Source: Auanema rhodensis (Eukaryota > Animalia > Nematoda). Taken from it: a stretch of 64,000 nt of DNA. The stretch spans positions 15,066,001-15,130,000 of the forward strand of contig OZ059897.1 in the NCBI GenBank assembly GCA_964057225.1, in the 5' to 3' direction. Position numbers and translations under genes: made by a program. Below the pieces are notes generated by a model, which ran no database searches, was not told where the DNA came from, and was given only the letters and a program-made list of their open reading frames with translations. The stretch's first letter is position 1. Every line of letters begins with the position of its first letter. Below, piece by piece: positions 54,291-64,000 of this stretch.

Positions 54291-54294
<4 letters not shown>

Positions 54295-56054
54295 GCCTTA
54301 TCCGTCTTCCTATCTGATCATCTGAACGGACACCAAGTTGACGTCGTCCTTTTCCTGCTTTTGACAAGCTCTCTTTCCATATATGTGTAGATATACATAT
54401 ATGTATCTAAACGTATATTCTATTGGCTTGTTTCATGCTACTGCTACTACTATATCCTATATATATATGAACGTGCTTAAGACGGATTTTACTTGGAAAA
54501 ATTCATATGAAGCTACTTACACATTCATTGGAGCTCCGGATAGAGTAGAGAAGCGAGAATCATAGCCGAGGGAGTGCTTCGAAGTCCACCCTCAGATGAT
54601 TCTCATCGTCGGCTTCAAACCAAAGTAATCCGATATCCAGCTTGAGGCTTAGGTGCTTCAGTCCTTTCTCTTCTATCTCTCCGTCTCCTCTTCCATATTC
54701 CTCACTAGCATTGTTCTCTAGTTTTTCTTTTTTTTCTTGTCATCTTCAATACGATCTGTGATTTAACAGGTTTATATGTATTATTTACTAAGTGAGTTTC
54801 ACTGAAATTTACACTAATAAACTGAATCTTTATTCCAAATTCTTTCGGAACTGTTTTTCCTCGTTTCTTATATAATTCTAATATGTTTTCTAGAACTTTC
54901 TTTCTATTTAACGCTTGAAGTATGATTCAGTTAGATGAACTTGATCAATTAAGTTACATGAACTGATTTGCTACTTTCATTTTTCTTCTCCTTTTTTTTT
55001 GATTTTTCAACACTTTCACTTAAATTTCTAAACCAATTTCCATCTGATATCATTATTTTCCAACTAAGACTCATATTGATCTTTCTGTTTTTCTTAGATA
55101 TGTTATAGATAGAGTAAGATATCTAATTGCAAAAGTTTTCTTCCTTTTCCTATTTTTCATTTCATCCTCTTTCTATCTATTTCGCTCATATTTCTCTCAT
55201 AATATTGGAAAAAAAAACAGAACAACGTTTAAGTTTTTCATTTTATTTTCTTTTTATGAAAAAAATGTTTTTTTTTTTCAAATTTAAATAGAAGTTACAG
55301 ATGAAGATGATGGTTCACTAACACTAAGCATCATCATCATCATCTACTTCATATCGAAACATCAAGATGAGAATAAAGAATAGGAAAAAAAGCTTTTCCT
55401 AGTTTTAACTTGGTTGATTTCGATATATTGTCCATCATTCACATCCTCTTCATCATCATCATCATCATCATCATCCAAGCCGTGCTTGTTTTTCTTGTTC
55501 AAATGCAATACAACATTTGCCTTTCATTTTAAAGGGAAAAAATTATTTTGTTTCAACTATACAATTCTTTGCAACTAAAATGTTTAAACAACGAACCAAA
55601 AAAAAGAAAAATTTCAAACTTAATTACAGCTTCCCATGTCTGTTAATCACAATTAGATTCAGATTCTATCTATAACATATCTAAATATGGATATATGTAT
55701 TCCTAGGCCCTGTGTATGTGTGTATATAGTGAAGAAGAATATCAGCACAACCATCAGGCTTCTGGCTCTAATTAAATTTTTGCTTTGTATGCTGTTTCGC
55801 CAGTCTGTTGTCATCTAGTTTCCGTTTCACGATGTCGTTCGTTGTCCGATGTCGTTGTCGCTGTCGTCGTCGACTATCTGACTGACTGACTGCAAAGCAC
55901 ATGATTACTACAAGGCTACACTGAGCAGTACGACCATAATTGATAACTATGCTGGATGAGCATGTCTTCTATCATCAAAGGAACGGCATCTCATTGGATG
56001 CCATCTCTGGCATGATAGTTCGCAAACGAGAAAGACGAAGATGAATAATAATGC

Positions 56055-56095
<41 letters not shown>
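56055..56095. repeat. (GAT)n trinucleotide microsatellite
   Basis: Direct reading. Confidence 0.9.
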
Positions 56096-56096
<1 letters not shown>

Positions 56097-56419
56097 ATGA
56101 TGGAGGGAAATGATCGAATGGAAGTTATTGAATAGCTTGTAAGCACATAAAATCCAAATTAGATCGGATTGTATAATCAAATAATCATTTTTATCAGATT
56201 TGAGAGTATACATTGTCAGAGAGTAAGAGAAGATATAGAAAGTATGAGAGATAAGAGAGAAATCATCCTTGGATAATTCTGTTTACTGAATCACATTGAA
56301 TATGACTAACTATCGGTTTCTATTGGTTTTAAATTGTTTCTTTCTTTATATATCTTCTTTTCTTAAAATTCTCTATATCTTTCACTAAATCATTCTCTCT
56401 ATATATATATTTAGCTTTC

Positions 56420-56420
56420 C

Positions 56421-56464
<44 letters not shown>
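56420..56464. repeat. (CT)n microsatellite
   Basis: Direct reading. Confidence 0.9.
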
Positions 56465-56466
<2 letters not shown>

Positions 56467-58003
56467 ATATATTAATTAATATCCATATATATGGATATAT
56501 GGATATCTTTATACTATCTTCATTTAATTCTGTATTTACCTTGTTTTTCTAGCTTTATTTGTTAAACTTTCTTAGTATTTATTTTTTTCTTTTCTCTCTC
56601 TTTCCTTCTTTTCCTCTCTCTCTCCCTTTCTCACTCTTTCTCTTCTAATAAAGTAGTCATGCAAATGATTATTCATAAGCACGAATAGGTTGAAGGCTTT
56701 CTCATCTCTCATTTCTCTTCTATTCTTGAATGCTAACTAAAATCTCTTGATATTCAATTTTCCCCGCAAATTGATTCATGTTTCAATCCTCTTATAGTAA
56801 TTTAATACTTTTGTAAATTATTGATTAAATATCATTTTTTTAATCAGCATATATCTTGTCTATAAGCTTTGTATTGCACCCATTTTTCATTGTTTCCACT
56901 TTGCCACTATCTTTTCATCTTTGCTTTATCCCAATTCTCTTTTTTTCCTTCTTTTCTAACTCCTATTCTGATTCAAATTCTTTGTCTTTTGTTTTTTTGT
57001 CTCTCTCTATCTTGCTCATTTTCTCTAAAATACGGAATACTTTATTAGAATGGCCTCGTCTTCTGCTTTTGTCACGAAAAGGTCCTACTACGAAATAACG
57101 TCAAATAAAACAGGCTATATTTTCGACTTTTTCTCTTAATGTTACTCGACTTTCTGTCAACGAGAGACACATAGCATCCGAGTATCGGCTATATAATGAA
57201 GCTCATCGTCTAGAAGGCTATTCACCCCTTTCTCTATCTCTGTCTCTCTCTCTCTCTCGTTCTTTCTCTCTCTCACCCTTTCTTTCTTTTTCTTTTTTCT
57301 TCATACTTTTCCTTTTCTGATCAATCTTTTATTTCCTTAATCTCTCTTTTACTCTCTTAAGCTGTAAAAATATTTATATCAGCTTAAGTTTTTTCACCAA
57401 GAATTAGCTAAGCTGTAACTTATTATTTTCATATTCTAATAACATTCATACATTATAGATTATATGATTTTAACCCATCATATATCAGTTAGTTAAGCTT
57501 AAAATATATATTTTCGTTCAGTTCCTCTTTCTCTTCTCCTCTTTCTACATGATTTTGTTTGCGTGATTTCATGTCTTGATCATTTAGTCAACGAAATTTG
57601 GCATTAAGAAATCTGATGAAATCGGCTTTTTTTGAGCTTCCTCTCCTACATTTTCATTTTCATCTTTTTCTTTTTCTTTCGGATTTTAGAATTTTAATTA
57701 TATATTTATAAGTATTTATTTATCTATACATATAATCAATTGATTTTTCTTTGTATTTATACATATATAGCTTATATATTTTTCGTTTCTAATTATATAT
57801 ATATGTATATACATTAGAACACTGTTTTGCTTTTTCTTTTCAATATATTCGACTAAAAATGAAGTTTGAAAAATAGAGGGCAAAGGTAAGTCTCACGTGA
57901 ATTACGTGAATGCTTACTGAAGCATTCGATGTTGTGCAAAGCTTAATGAACGGTTGTGTTCATTCTCCCTCACTCCCTTCATTACTTGATCTCTCCCTTT
58001 GTC

Positions 58004-58034
<31 letters not shown>

Positions 58035-59662
58035 CGTTTCATGTCAATGCCATTGATCTGCCTTTAACGTAATGAAAGCAAGCGAAACGATTCTTGCCTA
58101 TAATGGCTTGAAAATACAAAGAAAGGCAATTGATTATCGAAAGTTATATTATATTTAATTATATATGATATAATTAAGTTGTCACATTGCTTTAGCTTAT
58201 TTATTTCACTTCCCTGCTTATACTCTCACTATATCGCGCGTACTCTGTATTCGTATAATCGTAGTGCTGGAAAACATTTTTCTTTTTTTAGAAAAATGAT
58301 ATGATATACGGTTAGATTATATATAAACATAACTATTACTATATATATTTATTCATCATCATTTATTCTTTATATATTCTGTTTGAATTATTACTATTGA
58401 GTTGGTGAATATTCTCTATCTGACTTACCCTCATTTTCCACTCTTTTCGTTTCTGGTAGATTAATAGCTTCTTGTTGAGTGATGATGGAAGAAGAAAAAG
58501 AAGAAGCTGTAGCCATCTTTGCTTCTTCTTCTTCTTCTTCATCATTATCATCATCATCGTCACCGCTTTCTTATATATATATGAATCTGGATGCTGATTG
58601 CTAATGAACCTCATCCGAAACAATGAATGAATTTCATCAAAATTCAGCTATTTTCGAACGAAAAAAATTTCCTTTCTTACTATAAATATAATTTTAACTC
58701 AATTTGTCAATATCTTGTAAAAATTTTCTTATACGTTTTCCTATTTCGATTTCCATATACTATGATCAGATAGACAGCAGCAACGGGTTGCGAGGCAACG
58801 CTTCTCGAAATACAATCTACTTTTATATCAAATCCATTTTCATTTAGATATTTCTTCATAAAAGACGGAAAGAACAGAAAGAAATAATATGAGAGAAAGA
58901 GAGAAGAGAAACAGTTAAATGAAGTAGTGCTAGTTGAAAAAGGAACAAATTCAACAAATTCTGTTTGGAACTGTATTCATTCATTTCTATATATTATATA
59001 ATTGTATTTGATTTATATGTGCTTTTTTTTGTTTTTTTAATCAAATATAATTCAAGAAATAATTCAATTATGATCTTTGAGTCTCTTTCATCATCAGCTG
59101 ATTAACTGAAATCTGTATAAGAAGCCTTATGCAAACAAGATTCTATTTTTTTTTCTATTTATACATATAACTAACTAACTACATTATCATTTTGTATATG
59201 AAAAATCACGTTTTTCTTCTTTTTATTAACTTTTATTCCTACTTATATTATTATTATTATTATTTCTATTCATTCAATCTTTTTATATTATCTCATTCTA
59301 ACAATTCGACTTGAAACTTATAATTTCTTGTTGAATGCTATTGAATGGCTTTTCATCTTTTACTATTATTCTATTATTATTTATTAGATTTTATATATTT
59401 ATATTATATAAAACATATTTTTATTTTATTACTCACTTAATCCTTTGTTGTTGTTGTTGTTTTTTTTTTTGAAATGTATTGATTTTTTTGTTTTTTAATC
59501 AGTTCTTTTATCAGCATCTCATGAAGAACTTGCTGATTATTTAAAGTTCATTTCGAATATATTTGTTTTATCATTTTCTTTTATTTTTCTTCTCTTAAAC
59601 AGCATTATTCGAACTTCTTCTATTTAAGCCTAAATGCGTCATTCCATCAGTGACATTTGGTA

Positions 59663-60288
59663 ATGGAGGAAGTCTCGACGCGTAGAGCTTCCCTAGATGA
59701 TTACGGTATTAACTTTTTTTTATCAAATATGAGTAATATTTAATACTATATAGGTGCTGTTACTTATGGGAACGGGTCTTTATCTAATTCGCTCATGGAA
59801 GCCACAATGCATGACGTCATGAGTCTTGAAATGAGCCATCACGACTTAGGAGGTAAAAAGAAGATTTTGCCTTAAAAATTTTTTCTTTAAACTCAATCAA
59901 CCATAAGATACTAAAACAAGAACCACAAGAATGGAAATTGTAGGTTTTCCTGTGGCAATTTCTGGAAAACAGTTTACTCAGATAGAAATTAAAAATCAAA
60001 GGAAAACTTTCTATTTTTCGAAGCTTTTTTTCATGCGATTCACATAAAATTGTACTTTTTGTTGAAAGACATGTATGAAAAGGAAATTTCTGAAAAGTTT
60101 TAATTTGTTTTTCAATATTTTTCAATTTTTAGATACCTATCTCGATCCTAGAAGTTTTGGTGGACTCAATTCATACGATGACTATTCAGGTAAACAATAT
60201 GATTTGTTCTTATTTTTTATATTTTTATTATTATATATTTTATATTTTTTTATAAAAAAAAAGAAGAAGAAAAAGAAAAATATATTCG

Positions 60289-60322
<34 letters not shown>

Positions 60323-63300
60323 TAGCTGTATCATCTAAAAAAAGAATAAATAACAGCAAATATGAAAAAAAAATCTTCTTCATTGTTTTTTTTTTCGAAT
60401 ATAAATATAAAAAAACAACAAATAGAAGAATATTGATTTGATTCTCTGAACAAAAAAAAATATTTGAAAACAAAAAATTAAATAGATATTTAGATATTTA
60501 AAATATAAAAAGAAAAATTTGTTTCGAGTTATAATTAAATATTTTACTGTATTAACTATATAATTATATTTTTTTAAATATATTGTATTCTTGTAATTAA
60601 TACAAAATTATGGATTTTTTTCATTTTTTAGCTTCTCATCCGTCTTCCTATTCAGCTAATTCATCCAGCACTTCTTCCTCATCTACAACGTCTTTTGAAT
60701 CTGTATCTCAATCATCTCATACAACAAGATCTCCTTATATCATACATACCTGTAAGTTATCCCATTTTTCAATATAATAACACAATTTTCGTAATAAACA
60801 AATAAAAAACTAAAACTTGAAAGAAAAGAAAAAAAAACTTTTTATATGCCTATATATTTCTTATAGCGAGTCAGTTAAATTCTATAAAAATCTGTTTATC
60901 ATATGATAAGACCATAGCGCTAAGAAGGAACTTATCAACTTTCAACTTTGTTCGTTCTACTATTTTTGCTTCAAATAAATGTTCTTTATGGCATATATGA
61001 GCTATGCACCTTTTTCTTATCAAAACTATGTTTTTACTTCATATTATGCCTTACTATGTCATCAAAACCTCATGAACATGCCAATATCATATCTGTCATG
61101 ATTGGAAATTCAGATTGAATCTTTTGAATCTAATCAATAAATTTTCTTTTTCTTTTTTTTTGATAAAAGGATGATAAAACATATGCTTTGTATCAGTATA
61201 GCATATCAGATTAGTCTTTCAAGTTTGATATATTTTTACCAACTTTAGTTTGTGAGATTAATTTAATACACCTTTTTCTTATAGCTAATGTTCTAAACTA
61301 TAACTATAATATCAAATATTTACATATATATTTATAACAATATAATGCTGATTTAAACTTTCTGAAACAAATTCCAACAAGATTTTTCTGTTTTTTTATT
61401 AAGTATCACTATTTATCCTTTATATAATTTATTTTTCACTAGTTATTCCTGTTTCAGCATCCACTGTGCAATCGAAATACGATAATCCCAATAGATTTGA
61501 GTCACAACTGCCACCTCCTACCCAAAGGCAAGTATTAATACTGATTTCTATTCATATACTATTTAAATTTTATTTATTATTTATATATTGTTATATATTA
61601 TATTATTATGATTTTGTAGAGTTGTGCCTACTTATCCAGTAAAAACAGCAAATCCAGCTACCTGCACTCAATATGCACCTGTTCGAACTATCTTAGCGTA
61701 TGTTAATCACAAAGTTGATCCATCTCAATTTTTTTTTTCATTTCAGAGTTAAAACGTCTCGAAGATCTCATAGTCGTTCAGCTAACAAGAAAGAACCACT
61801 TGATCCACAGAGACTCGAAGACGAAGTTGCTAGGTTGGTATTTATGAAAACATATTTTTGTCTTTTATCGACAAAAAAAAAGCTTTTGATTTTAATTTAC
61901 AACAAGCTTTCTATATTTTGTTTCAATTGTCATTGTTTATATAAACTTTGCAGAAATGTTTCACAAATAATGTCAGCCACTAAGCAACAAAAGTTAATTC
62001 AAGAAGCTCAAATGAAGTATGTTATATCTATTTTCGTGTTTATTTTAATTTTTATAATTTATTATAGTTTTCGTAATATATATGTCTTCAGAAATGGTAT
62101 CATAACTAATCCTAAAGCCTTATTTTCGTGCCCAGATTGTGGAAAAGGCATGACGAGTCAAAGAAATCTTCAGGTAGAATCTTATATTTTCATAAATAAA
62201 TTTTAATAGATGAAAATTCTAAAAAGCAGTTAAGTGAATATTATTCAAAACTCAAATTTGCTTTTGCTTCGGAAAATTGAGAAAAGTTACGATAATATGT
62301 TTCCAAGGTTACCACTTCTCAAACTCTTCTAGATAAAAAGTGATTGTAATCATTTTCTATAATTAAAAGATTTCGTTAAATGACTCACAAACTCAGCAAT
62401 TTTCATATTCTATTCCTCAAATTACTTGTTGGAGTTATAACAATCAACTATTTGTTATAACATAAAAAACTCAAAAATTGAATAATTCAAATTAATGCAC
62501 TGTTATTTCTATCATTATATTCTCGTATTATATATAATATAATATAGAAAAATAGTTTTATAAATTGATTTTAATATTTCGAAAATCGTTATGAAAGTTA
62601 TAAAACAATAAACATCCAGTCTGTATAATTCCTATTGATTTTAGTAAAATATTTGTGGTCTTTTTGCAATAACATGAGAGAGAAAGTATTACAAACTAGG
62701 TGCATATAACATACATTTAGCCTTTATAATTCCTACATACCTCCGATATTTGAAAATCCATATAATGCCATAATTTGTTTTAATTATAATCTAAAGCTTT
62801 ATCCCATTTTATTACTGAGCCGAATATCAATACGATTAAGCTATGTCTTTTATATTTCAGCGCCATCGTCAAGCTTCATGTGCTAAGCGTATTCCGCCTG
62901 ATACCCCACCTCCAGAAGATGACTCAGCTGTTCAAACCAGCTCAGATACAAGTCTACAGAACACGATGATTACTCTACCTGGAATGGATACTTTTTCGCA
63001 CAGTATGGGATCATTTAACATGCACTCTGAGGTAAATAAACTCTTTTCACTAAACTAAAAATAATTTATTTTATATCCAAATAATTACTTGTTGACTTTT
63101 CAAATGTCTCCTTTTAGTAGCATTTATTGTTTCAGATGAATGATTGGTGTAGTAATGAGAGCTTTTCTCCTCCTCCACCTTCACAACCCCAACAAATATC
63201 TACGCAGCTGGATTCCACTGAATCTCTTGCTTTAGATACAGCGAGGTGAGATAATGTCGCATATATTTTAGTCAAAAGCATAATTTAGTCATATGTCCGA

Positions 63301-64000
63301 ATCTTGCTTAGCTCCATTGTCACTAGAAACGGACGACTCACACACTCATTCTAGTAGTGCATCACATTGTAGTTCCAATTCCGCAGGCAATTCGACACCT
63401 CAAGGATTATTCACGTAAGCGTTGTTAAATTTTTAGAGGGATATTGCATGAAGACTGATTATTGCTTAAGCTTTTTTGACAGTTCAAGATTTCACTTTAT
63501 TTTTATTATTCTAATTTCCACGCAAAATTGACGTGGTGACACCGTACTAATTTTCGTACAATTGCTTCGCACCAGCGGTTAATGCGCTTATTTACGTACC
63601 ACAAATTTTTAATACAAGGCGGTAAAGAAAATAGTTTTCCTAATTAAAGTTCATAAATTTATGAAAAAGTTATCTTTTTGCAATTATTTTTATATTACCG
63701 AACTTTTCTCTCTTTTGGCAATTTAGTGAGACGTCATTTTGCAGATGTGGTTCATGCAAGAAGTCAGTTTGTTCATTCCGCAGTCTCAAAAGACATCATA
63801 CCACCTGCAAACAATTCATAGCTGAATTTGGTCCCCCAGAAAATGAGTATGTCTATAATCGTATTTTTGAAATTTCTACAATATATAGATGTTGTAATTT
63901 CGTTGTGTTTGTTTGTTGTCATTTTAGTTCAAGAGCAAAGCCGAAATCGCACTTCAAATGTAAAGCTAGCTCTGATAAAGAGAATGAGCCAACCCCGCAC
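59663..64000 (+). CDS. CCHC zinc-finger protein, SEA-2-like, 3' truncated by the window
   Basis: Phase-consistent exons from MEEVSTRRASLDDY through Ser-rich segments to CPDCGKGMTSQRNLQRHRQASC and CGSCKKSVCSFRSLKRHHTTC. The similarity to C. elegans SEA-2 fingers is recalled, not searched. Confidence 0.75.

Overview
AT-rich eukaryotic DNA, almost certainly from a nematode: introns are about 42-60 nt, acceptors are TTTCAG/TTTTAG-type, acceptors sit directly before ATGs as trans-splice sites do, and the proteins belong to nematode-type families. The window opens with a head-to-tail 371-bp tandem array, running off the left edge, in which every unit carries a complete U3 snoRNA-like gene. A compact gene-dense block follows (2.4-33.7 kb). 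It holds a short CEP104-like ciliary gene and RICTOR, whose 3.8-kb intron hosts an antisense nested gene for a secreted ShK-like/Gln-rich/DB-module protein. It also holds GUF1/LepA, a candidate 85-aa orphan gene, tubby (tub-1) with an X-box, a degenerate MITE-like foldback, a BTB-C2H2 zinc-finger gene and AAR2. Orphan, GUF1 and RICTOR form a candidate operon. From about 34 to 59.6 kb there is a gene desert rich in strand-biased (CT)n tracts. After it comes a CCHC zinc-finger gene (sea-2-like) with a GC-AG intron that runs off the right edge. Gene identities come from manual splicing and recalled family motifs; no searches were run.
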